This document shows, piece after piece, positions 40,130-48,006 of a stretch of 64,000 nucleotides of DNA. Below the pieces are notes generated by a model. That model was not told where the DNA came from. It worked only from the letters and a program-made list of their open reading frames with translations, and searched no databases. The stretch lies in IMG/VR virus record IMGVR_UViG_3300019458_000021, positions 124,001 to 188,000 of that record; one strand, given 5' to 3'. The translations under genes and the position numbers were made by a program. The first letter of the stretch is position 1; the number at the start of each line of letters is the position of its first letter.

Positions 40130-43100
40130 ATGCGTGTTACTTTTAGACAAGGTACAGTTGCCAACGCTGTCGTTTCAACATACAGCATGGGCACCAGCAA
40201 TATTTCAGGTTTTTTCGTTAACCTGAGTGTGCCAAACCCGAACTTCCCAGTAACATACCATTTCGCTGACGGGAACCGAAACTATTTGCATGCATTCCGT
40301 TTGACACGTGCAGATGCTTGGGGTCCTTTCCTTCCTGGCATTGACGCATATCTGTACGTTGATATCAACACAAGTACAGGTGCAATCAGCTTCGGGTCAA
40401 GCGCATTTGATCCAGTTGTTGCAGTAACTGCTCCACCATCACCAGCACAAGATCAGCACTGGTTCGACATGCTGAACAAGCAGATGAAGGTGTGGGATAG
40501 CGTTGCAATGCAATGGGTTCGCAAGGTTCGTGTGTTCGTTGGCAAGTTGTCGCTTGGCGCTCTGCCACTAGTCAGCATGTCTATCAACGCTGGTTTGTCG
40601 AACTCCAACGCAAGCTACTACCTTGGCACAACAATTGGTGATCAGTCACCAAACTCTGCTGGTTTCATCCTGTTCAACAACAATGGTGATGTTCTCCGTC
40701 GTAGTGATGGTACATTCATCACTACTGAAGACACACTGATCGCTGAAGGTGTTCAAGAATCCGCTCCAATCACATTTGCGACAAACACACTTGCAGCTGT
40801 TGCAAGCGCCTCTCTATCCGCATACACAATGGTTGCGTTTTCAGCACCAGGTGAAGTTAGTGCGATGACCGACCTTGATGTCAACTCAAAGGTATACGGT
40901 ATCATCGTTGAGAGCGTAGCAATGGGTGGAACGGTCACAGTTGTCACACAGGGTATTGTTAACAACCCGCTGTGGAGCTGGCCAACGGTTAATGCTCCGT
41001 TGTATGTCGACGGTACAGGCCAACTGACAACAACTCGTCCAGCTTCTGCGCCAGATCCTGTTGCAGCAGTTGTCGATGAATTCACAATCTACTTACTCGC
41101 ATGCGACGTCAACGTTCCAAGTGATATCTTCGATATTACATACGTGAACACAGCTGGCGATACAATGACCGGTTCGTTGATCATGACCGGCGCTGGCACA
41201 CAGGTCGTTCTAACAAACGCACCAACACTCGGTTCACACGCTGTCAACAAGACCTACTCCGATGCTCAGCTCGCTGCACACGCTGCTGATTTCACCCTGC
41301 ATGTAACAGCAAACCAGAATGGCATGCTAGACACGTTAGAAGCAGGCGGCAACGGAATCGTTGTTAAGAATGCAACGGCAACAACAGTCACACGCTCGCT
41401 TGTAGCACCTGCAGCTGGCTTGACAATCACAAACCCAGATGGTGTTGTTGACAACCCAACGTTTGCTCTTGCAAATGATCTTGCAGCGCTTGAAGGTCTT
41501 GGAACATTTGGATTTGCAACGCGTACTGGTGTTGATACGTGGTTGACACGTACAATGACAGGCACAGCTGGCAACATCGTAGTAACAAACGGTGATGGTG
41601 TTTCAGGTGTCCCAACATTTGACTTGGCTCCTATCGTCCAAGGCGTTGGCGGTACACTTAGCAAAGTCACACTCGACGGTTTCGGTCGTGTAACACAAAA
41701 CACACCAGTGGTTGTAGCAGACATTACAGCGCTCGTTGATGGAACGTATGTCAACGTAACCGGTGACACAATGTCCGGCAACTTGGCAATGGGTGGTTTC
41801 AAGGTTACTGGTCTTGCAAATGGTACGGTATCCGGTGATGCGCTTCATTTTGGTCAGATCGGTGCTCAAGTTCAAGGATGGGACGCAGATCTTGACGCAG
41901 TCGCAGCGCTTGCATCAACGGGATTGATGGTTCGCACAGGTGCTGGTACAGCAGCAACACGTTCGCTTGTAACAGCTAGCTCAGCACGTATCACTGTTGC
42001 AGATGGTGACGGTGTTGCCGCAAATCCAACGGTTGATCTTGCACTCCTTGCTGATGCCGGTACAGGTACGTTCCTGAAGATTACTCGCGATGCGTGGGGC
42101 CGTGTGTCTGGAACGACACCAGTTCTCGCAGCCGACGTGACAGGTTTGATTAGTGCAACATATGTTGACACAGCTGGCGACACAATGACCGGTGCTTTGT
42201 TGCATCCTGCAGGTACAGCAGCAGCTCCATCGATTTCATTCTCAGGCGGCGTTGGACACACAAACAAGGGTTGGTACAATAGTGGCGTTGATGAGTTCAG
42301 TGCAGCCATTGCTGGTGCGCAGAAGGTTTTGATTGATGCGGCTGGTGTAACAACATTCAGCGGATTCATTCAGGGAGCACCTGGCTCGTTGGCTTTGGAG
42401 TCAGCAGTTAACGCGCCAGGTATGGTTGGTGTTAACTTCCTTCTTCCAGGTACAATGGACGTGTTCATTGGCGGAGCGCCTATCGCAACATTTGGTCCTG
42501 GTCCAACATTCACTATTGGTGGTTCTGTAGCTCTAACAGCTGCAGATCTTGGCGTAACCGTTCAAGATTGGAGTGCAACGCTTGATGCCGTAACAGCAGG
42601 AACATATACTGGTGCAGCATCAATCACAACCGTTGGAACAATCACAACTGGTGTTTGGGATGGCACAGATGTTGCTGTTACAGCAGGTGGTACAGGTGCA
42701 TCAACCGCCGCTGGCGCTAGGACAAATCTGGGTGTTGGAACGGGCGACAGTCCAGAATTCCTGGCTGTTAACATTGGTCACGCTTCCGATACAACCATTA
42801 CCCGGGTAAGTGCTGGTGTAATTGCTGTTGAAGGTTCCAACGTATTGCTAGCAAGTGGTCTTGGTTCTATCACACAGGCTTGGGACGCAGGTCTTGATGA
42901 ATTGGCCGCACTAGCAACAAATGGTCCAATCCGTAGGACTGGCGGTGCATTTGTTGTAGGTAGCCCAACACTTGATGAAGTTACAAACGCTGCTGCAAGT
43001 GCTTCTCGCTCACACGGCAACAACACAATTGAATGGGAATGGTCCCGTACATCTATTGGACCAACGTTCTGGTTTGATGAAGCCGCTGCCGCAACGGGTG

Positions 43101-43765
43101 GTAGTGATCTAAACCAGCCTCTGGTTTTGGTTCGAACATTAGCTGGATCAACAGCAGCTCCGTTTGCTGTGTTAAGCACAGAAGGTTCCGCAAGTTACTT
43201 GATGGCCGTTGCTCGTGTAGCAACAACAACCGGTTACGATCTGCGACTTCGAAGTGGTGATCATACAACAGGCCACGCTGGTAACGTTACGGTCACAGGT
43301 GGTAGTGGTATTGCAGCCGCAAGCAATGGTGGTAACGTTACTCTTACAGCTGGTACAGGTACAACAACTGGTGCTGGTGGTGACATTTCTATTACTGCAG
43401 GTGCAACAGGTACCTCAGGGCTTGCTGGTGACATCGTCGTGACCGCGGGTGCTGGAGGAACTACCGGTACAGCTGGTGTTATTACAATCTCTGGTGGCGC
43501 CGGCGGTACCACAACAGGAAATGGTGGTAATGTTCGTATGCAGGGTGGTGCGTTTACTTCAGGTGACACAGGAAACGTTGTTGCAGGTCGTGGTACAACA
43601 ACCACGACTCGTAACGGTGACTTCTTGCAGATTCCAACAGTATCAGGAGCTCCAACAGGAACACCAGTGAACGAATCAGGTATGGTTTCAATTGTCTTCC
43701 GTACTGACACAAACCAAATCTATGTTTACGACGGTGCATGGTTGTCAACAGCAGCCCTCACATAA
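40130..43765 (+). CDS. long tail fibre protein (paralog of 36661)
   Basis: 1211 aa; same N-domain (FRQG, PAQDQHWF, RRSDGTFITTED); PAAG modules; Gly-rich C-terminal region. Confidence 0.75.
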   Translation: MRVTFRQGTVANAVVSTYSMGTSNISGFFVNLSVPNPNFPVTYHFADGNRNYLHAFRLTRADAWGPFLPGIDAYLYVDINTSTGAISFGSSAFDPVVAVTAPPSPAQDQHWFDMLNKQMKVWDSVAMQWVRKVRVFVGKLSLGALPLVSMSINAGLSNSNASYYLGTTIGDQSPNSAGFILFNNNGDVLRRSDGTFITTEDTLIAEGVQESAPITFATNTLAAVASASLSAYTMVAFSAPGEVSAMTDLDVNSKVYGIIVESVAMGGTVTVVTQGIVNNPLWSWPTVNAPLYVDGTGQLTTTRPASAPDPVAAVVDEFTIYLLACDVNVPSDIFDITYVNTAGDTMTGSLIMTGAGTQVVLTNAPTLGSHAVNKTYSDAQLAAHAADFTLHVTANQNGMLDTLEAGGNGIVVKNATATTVTRSLVAPAAGLTITNPDGVVDNPTFALANDLAALEGLGTFGFATRTGVDTWLTRTMTGTAGNIVVTNGDGVSGVPTFDLAPIVQGVGGTLSKVTLDGFGRVTQNTPVVVADITALVDGTYVNVTGDTMSGNLAMGGFKVTGLANGTVSGDALHFGQIGAQVQGWDADLDAVAALASTGLMVRTGAGTAATRSLVTASSARITVADGDGVAANPTVDLALLADAGTGTFLKITRDAWGRVSGTTPVLAADVTGLISATYVDTAGDTMTGALLHPAGTAAAPSISFSGGVGHTNKGWYNSGVDEFSAAIAGAQKVLIDAAGVTTFSGFIQGAPGSLALESAVNAPGMVGVNFLLPGTMDVFIGGAPIATFGPGPTFTIGGSVALTAADLGVTVQDWSATLDAVTAGTYTGAASITTVGTITTGVWDGTDVAVTAGGTGASTAAGARTNLGVGTGDSPEFLAVNIGHASDTTITRVSAGVIAVEGSNVLLASGLGSITQAWDAGLDELAALATNGPIRRTGGAFVVGSPTLDEVTNAAASASRSHGNNTIEWEWSRTSIGPTFWFDEAAAATGGSDLNQPLVLVRTLAGSTAAPFAVLSTEGSASYLMAVARVATTTGYDLRLRSGDHTTGHAGNVTVTGGSGIAAASNGGNVTLTAGTGTTTGAGGDISITAGATGTSGLAGDIVVTAGAGGTTGTAGVITISGGAGGTTTGNGGNVRMQGGAFTSGDTGNVVAGRGTTTTTRNGDFLQIPTVSGAPTGTPVNESGMVSIVFRTDTNQIYVYDGAWLSTAALT

Positions 43766-43783
43766 TTCGTTTAACCTAAACCA

Positions 43784-43811
43784 AGGGCCGCCTTGTGCGG
43801 CCCTGTTGTTT
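43784..43811 (+). terminator. hairpin after fibre gene
   Basis: AGGGCCGC-CTTGT-GCGGCCCT followed by a GTTGTTT tail. Confidence 0.55.
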
Positions 43812-43815
43812 GGTG

Positions 43816-43823
43816 TATAAATA
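43816..43823 (+). promoter_or_regulatory. late promoter TATAAATA (full T4 consensus)
   Basis: Exact TATAAATA, then AAGGAG SD. Confidence 0.75.
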
Positions 43824-43842
43824 AAGCATAAGGAGAAACAAA

Positions 43843-44475
43843 ATGAAGTACTTCTTGTGCGCCCTCACTCTTGCATTTTTCTCATCTTCCGTTTTTGGTA
43901 CAGTTGTTGCAAACGGTTGCAAAATCAACGCTGATACGTTGAAAGAATCTTTGGAACACTCAATCCGAATCGTTCGAGATCCACAAGGACGACAACGCGT
44001 TGAATCACAACCTTGCAATAGAGCATTTCGAATCGAATTCTTCATTGCTCCGTATTCCCTTGCAAAGCATACAAATGATGAGTTTCTTGGTGTTGATGAA
44101 GAAGGACTAGACCAAACAGACCAGTACGTGAATTACCTCGTGTACTTGCCAAGCGTCAAGATCAACATTCCGATCATGAATGAGGGTGACGCAAAGAAAT
44201 TTGACGACAGTAATATTGGTTGGACTGGACCAACATTGCCCCTTAGCGTAGATATTAAAGGTATATTTTCAGGCGCGCCCCGACTGATGGCGGCACACAA
44301 AGCTTACAAACGATTGCTGGTTGTTGGACGAACGAATGCAGCAATTCAATTCGAGTTGTATATTTCACTACCAGATCGAGTTTACAATGATCCACAAAGT
44401 CTCAAAGATGCCCTGGACAACACGTTCCGACGTGTAAGGATCAATTCGGTAGGTGGCATAAGTGTTACTGAATGA
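43843..44475 (+). CDS. hypothetical protein with predicted signal peptide
   Basis: MKYFLCALTLAFFSSSVFG N-terminus; strong SD. Confidence 0.7.
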   Translation: MKYFLCALTLAFFSSSVFGTVVANGCKINADTLKESLEHSIRIVRDPQGRQRVESQPCNRAFRIEFFIAPYSLAKHTNDEFLGVDEEGLDQTDQYVNYLVYLPSVKINIPIMNEGDAKKFDDSNIGWTGPTLPLSVDIKGIFSGAPRLMAAHKAYKRLLVVGRTNAAIQFELYISLPDRVYNDPQSLKDALDNTFRRVRINSVGGISVTE

Positions 44476-44521
44476 TTGGTGGTTTGACTTCGATCAATCA
44501 TAAATACCCATGGTGTTGAAG

Positions 44522-44550
44522 TTGACACCAATCAGAAGTGAATGTAAAGT
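44522..44550 (+). promoter_or_regulatory. sigma70-like promoter
   Basis: TTGACA-17 nt-TAAAGT upstream of gp32. Confidence 0.6.
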
Positions 44551-44608
44551 GAACCAGCTTTTTTCTTGAAGAGAAAAGTTATAACAATTAGAAGCGAGGA
44601 TAACAACT

Positions 44609-45562
44609 ATGACAACAAAACTCACTCTCGAACAGCTTCGCGCTAACATCGGTCAAGATGAACAAGGCGAACGCGTCGGTCTCCCAAACAACTACTTTCC
44701 ATTCTGGAAGATGAAAGAAGGCGAACGAGCAGTTATTCGTTTCCTACCCGATAAGAATCCAGAGAACCCACGTGGCTTCCTAGCACAGAAGGTAATGCAC
44801 GTTCTCGAAATCAATGGGGAAAAGAAGTCTGTCCCATGTCTTTCGATGTACGGTGAAGATTGCCCAATTTGCAAGGCATCTCAAGACTTTTACAAGGTTG
44901 AGGGAAAGGAAAGCCCAAACGGTAAGAAGTACTGGAAGAAGAAGCAGCACATCGCACAGGCAATCGTTCTGGAAGATCCACTTCCAGCCGACGAGAAGAC
45001 TGGTGAAACACATGTAGGCAGGGTTCGCTACATCGCTCTCGGATTCCAACTGTGGCAGATCATTCAGAACGCATTTAAGAGCTCTGAAACACTGGAAAGC
45101 ATCCCGTACAACTTCGATGATGGATATGACTTCATCATTCAGAAGGACAAGGGACCGAAGTACCCAACATACCAACTCAACTCGAAGTTCCGCGCTAGGC
45201 AGCGTGCACTCACAGAAGACGAACTCGCAATCGCAGCGGAAGGCATGTCAGATCTGGCAGCGCTTCTTCCAAAGCACCCAGGTCGTGAGAAAGTCGAAGA
45301 GATGCTTCACGCAGCTCTGACAGGTGCGAACTATCAGGGTAGTGGTGTCGACGGGGACAGTATTCCTGATCCGGATGATGTTACGCCAGCACGGAAGCCA
45401 GTGGTAGCCGTTAAGCCTACTCTTGACGATGAACCATTTGTAGCTCCAAAACAAACTGCACCTGCTAAGCCAGAGTCTGCAGACGCGCAAAGCGACGTTG
45501 ATGAAATGCTCGCTACGATCAAAGCACGTCGAGCAGCTCAAAAGGCAGCATCAGCAGCGTAA
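44609..45562 (+). CDS. single-stranded DNA-binding protein (T4 gp32-like)
   Basis: IRFLPDKN, CLSMYGEDCPICK, GYDFIIQK..YPTY, acidic/Ala-rich tail; upstream of UvsX. Confidence 0.85.
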   Translation: MTTKLTLEQLRANIGQDEQGERVGLPNNYFPFWKMKEGERAVIRFLPDKNPENPRGFLAQKVMHVLEINGEKKSVPCLSMYGEDCPICKASQDFYKVEGKESPNGKKYWKKKQHIAQAIVLEDPLPADEKTGETHVGRVRYIALGFQLWQIIQNAFKSSETLESIPYNFDDGYDFIIQKDKGPKYPTYQLNSKFRARQRALTEDELAIAAEGMSDLAALLPKHPGREKVEEMLHAALTGANYQGSGVDGDSIPDPDDVTPARKPVVAVKPTLDDEPFVAPKQTAPAKPESADAQSDVDEMLATIKARRAAQKAASAA

Positions 45563-45567
45563 TGAAC

Positions 45568-45595
45568 AAGAGGGTGGCTCAGCCACCCTCTTTCT
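45568..45595 (+). terminator. intrinsic terminator
   Basis: AAGAGGGTGGC-TCA-GCCACCCTCTT followed by TCTC. Confidence 0.7.
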
Positions 45596-45610
45596 CACAA
45601 GGAGACTACC

Positions 45611-46717
45611 ATGGGAAATAGTTTAGGGTTTCTCGACGACTTTAACAAAGAACTCGAGGAAATGGAAGGTGTTGGCACATCTTCAAAACCACCACGTTAT
45701 TGGTACTCAACTGGTAACTTCGTTCTCAACAAGATCATCTCTGGCAGTTTCGCCAAAGGTATCCCACAAGGACGTGTGACGAATCTTGCTGGACCATCAG
45801 GTGCTGGTAAGAGTTTCGTTGCAGCAAACATTGTTCGTGAAGCACAGCGTCGAGGTGCGATTACACTGGTTATCGACAGTGAGAATGCGCTTGATGACGA
45901 CTTCATGGGCAAGATCGGTGTAAACACCGATCGTTCAACAAAGAAGTACTTCTATGCGGGTGTGGTCACCGTTCAAGATGTAACGCGTGTGTTCTCGAAG
46001 TTCATGAACGCATACAAAGAATCGTGTGCGGAAGATCCAGAAAATGGTCAGGAAATTCTGATCGTTTTAGATAGCATCGACATGCTGCTGACTGAAACAG
46101 AGCAAGAAAACTACGACAAAGGTGTACAGAAAGGCGACCAAGGTCAGAAGAACAGGCAGACGAAAAAGCTACTGAAAACAATGGTTCAAGACATCAAGCC
46201 GTACAACGTAGCTGTGGTTGTAACATCACAGGTCTATCGTAACCAAGATTTGTTAAATGGTGAAGGTCTTTGGATCATCAGTGAAGCGGTGAAGTTCTCT
46301 GCGTCACAGATCATCATGCTGACAAAGCTCAAACTGAAGGAAGCGGGCGAATCAATTGTCCACGGCATTCGTATGAAGTGTGAAGGTTACAAAACACGAT
46401 TTACTAAGCCGTATCAAACAGTGACAATCGAAGTTCCGTATGATACTGGGATGGATCCATACTCCGGTCTTATCGAAACTGCAGTCGAAATGGGTGTGGT
46501 TGAGACGAAGGGCTCGCGGTACGTGATCGACGGCGAAGACGAATCATGGTATAAAAAGGATGTTGCAGCCGTTGCTGATCGAATCTTGGTCAAGGCGGAG
46601 GCAAAAACAGAAGCATATCTTAAAGCTCGTATTGATGAGGCGATGGAAGCTGAAGAGGATGGTGAGTCGAAAGACGACACAGCAACACGCCGTCGCTTGA
46701 AGAGGGCAAAAAAATGA
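45611..46717 (+). CDS. uvsX: RecA-like recombinase
   Basis: WYSTGNFVLN, GPSGAGKS Walker A, IDSENALD, LDSIDML, SR/KTRFTKPYQTVTIEVPYDTGMDPYSGL. Confidence 0.92.
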   Translation: MGNSLGFLDDFNKELEEMEGVGTSSKPPRYWYSTGNFVLNKIISGSFAKGIPQGRVTNLAGPSGAGKSFVAANIVREAQRRGAITLVIDSENALDDDFMGKIGVNTDRSTKKYFYAGVVTVQDVTRVFSKFMNAYKESCAEDPENGQEILIVLDSIDMLLTETEQENYDKGVQKGDQGQKNRQTKKLLKTMVQDIKPYNVAVVVTSQVYRNQDLLNGEGLWIISEAVKFSASQIIMLTKLKLKEAGESIVHGIRMKCEGYKTRFTKPYQTVTIEVPYDTGMDPYSGLIETAVEMGVVETKGSRYVIDGEDESWYKKDVAAVADRILVKAEAKTEAYLKARIDEAMEAEEDGESKDDTATRRRLKRAKK

Positions 46718-46908
46718 AGGCGAGCCAACTACCAGCGTATAAAATCATCACATCGTTAAGCTACGACCTTGATAGGTTGACAGCAGCCGTCAATCAATTT
46801 GTTGCAGAGACGCCTGGTCAGTGGATCTGTGTTGGCCCTCCGTTCCAAGCATCGATAGCGGCCGGTGAGCACCGCGGCATGGCACAAGCGTTGGAGCGAA
46901 AAGATTGA
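46714..46908 (+). CDS. small protein, DUF1737-like
   Basis: 64 aa; ATGA overlap; AVNQF..W.CVGPPF..QAL. Confidence 0.5.
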   Translation: MKASQLPAYKIITSLSYDLDRLTAAVNQFVAETPGQWICVGPPFQASIAAGEHRGMAQALERKD

Positions 46909-46959
46909 CCTTTAATCCAAAATAGTGGACGGTAGTCCGTTCCTTATTAGGAGCTTAAC

Positions 46960-47350
46960 ATGTTCGATAGAAAGAAGCAACGATTGAAGTGGGGAAGGGC
47001 AAACGGCGCGCCATCGCGAAAGTCGGACGTGATAGACGAAAGCAAGAAATGCCTATTCCAGACATGATTCGACGATCGAAGTTTCGTGCTAAACGATTAG
47101 GGTTAGAATTTAATTTATCTGTAGAGGAGTTAACATTACCTTCTTTGTGCCCAGTGTTAGGCATTCCATTATTTTTACATATGGAAAGATCACTCCTAAC
47201 ACACCATCTCAATTGATAGGATTGATAGTTCGCGTGGATATGTGAGTGGGAATTGTCGAATTATCAGCTCACGAGCAAACACTCTTAAAAATGATGCAAC
47301 TGTTACGGAAATGACATTGATTCTTGAAGACCTCAAAAGGATAAACAATG
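46960..47350 (+). pseudogene. degenerate HNH endonuclease (about three frameshifts), same family as 14753
   Basis: SD TAGGAG plus ATG 46960; pieces in different frames: AKRLGLEFNL..CPVLGIPL / TYGKITPNTPS / IDRIDSSRGYVSGNCRIISSRANTLKNDA. Confidence 0.75.
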
Positions 47351-47881
47351 GAAATCTACGACGCACAAGAACTGGCGCAGAGGAATTTGATTGTAAAGCA
47401 CTACGCTGGATCACATGCATACGGTACAGCTCTGCCTACATCCGACATTGACTTTCGCGGAATTTTTGTCGCTCAGCCTGTCAACGTTCGGACACCTTTC
47501 TTTCCAATCACGGAAGTTGAAGTGTCGACTGAACAAGATACAAAACTGTACGAGTTGGCAAACTTCATGAAGCTTGTTGTTGACTGCAACCCGAACGTTG
47601 TTGAAACATTGTGGGTTGCAGATCGCGACATTGTATTCCGTACTCCTGCATACGATTTGCTTCGTAGGCACGCGCCCGATCTGTTGTGTTCGAAGATTGC
47701 TTTCACAACGAGTGGCTATGCCTTGGCACAGTTGAAACGGATCAAGGGACATAACAAATGGATTACACAGGCTGATAAAGGTATAAAAAAACTGCGTCAT
47801 GCTTTCAAGATGAGTGAAATAGATTACAAATGGCTTGAAGAACATTTTGATGAAACAATCGTTAAACGAGTGGTTGAGTAA
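47348..47881 (+). CDS. DNA pol beta-superfamily nucleotidyltransferase, N-terminal half
   Basis: AGSHAYGTALPTSDIDFRGIF (GS..DxD), CNPNVVETLW, GYALAQLKRIKGHNKW. Confidence 0.9.
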   Translation: MEIYDAQELAQRNLIVKHYAGSHAYGTALPTSDIDFRGIFVAQPVNVRTPFFPITEVEVSTEQDTKLYELANFMKLVVDCNPNVVETLWVADRDIVFRTPAYDLLRRHAPDLLCSKIAFTTSGYALAQLKRIKGHNKWITQADKGIKKLRHAFKMSEIDYKWLEEHFDETIVKRVVE

Positions 47882-48006
47882 TGTTTTACGTTTATGGTCT
47901 AATCGATAGTTTCACCAATAAAGTTTTCTATGTTGGTAAGGGCTGCAAAGATACCATCGGAAACACGAGAGAAAATTCGTGCAACACTCAAAAGGAAAGC
48001 AAATGA
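47881..48006 (+). pseudogene. GIY-YIG endonuclease stub between the nucleotidyltransferase halves
   Basis: MFYVYGLIDSFTNKVFYVGKG, plus out-of-frame PSETREKIRATLKRK (NUMOD3-like); TAATG and ATGA couplings on either side. Confidence 0.7.

Noticed and set aside
575-43748. Many 60-250 aa ORFs antisense to or overlapping the long structural genes
   Set aside because: Shadow ORFs produced by the codon bias of Gly/Thr/Ala-rich genes; no SD or motifs.
44476-44608. Two small hairpins and a TAAATA in the gap before gp32, a possible ncRNA
   Set aside because: Short, imperfect stems overlapping promoter elements; insufficient evidence.
46909-46960. Intergenic stretch checked for tRNA or group I intron core
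   Set aside because: No cloverleaf or recognisable P7 elements; it reads as the leader/SD of the HNH pseudogene.
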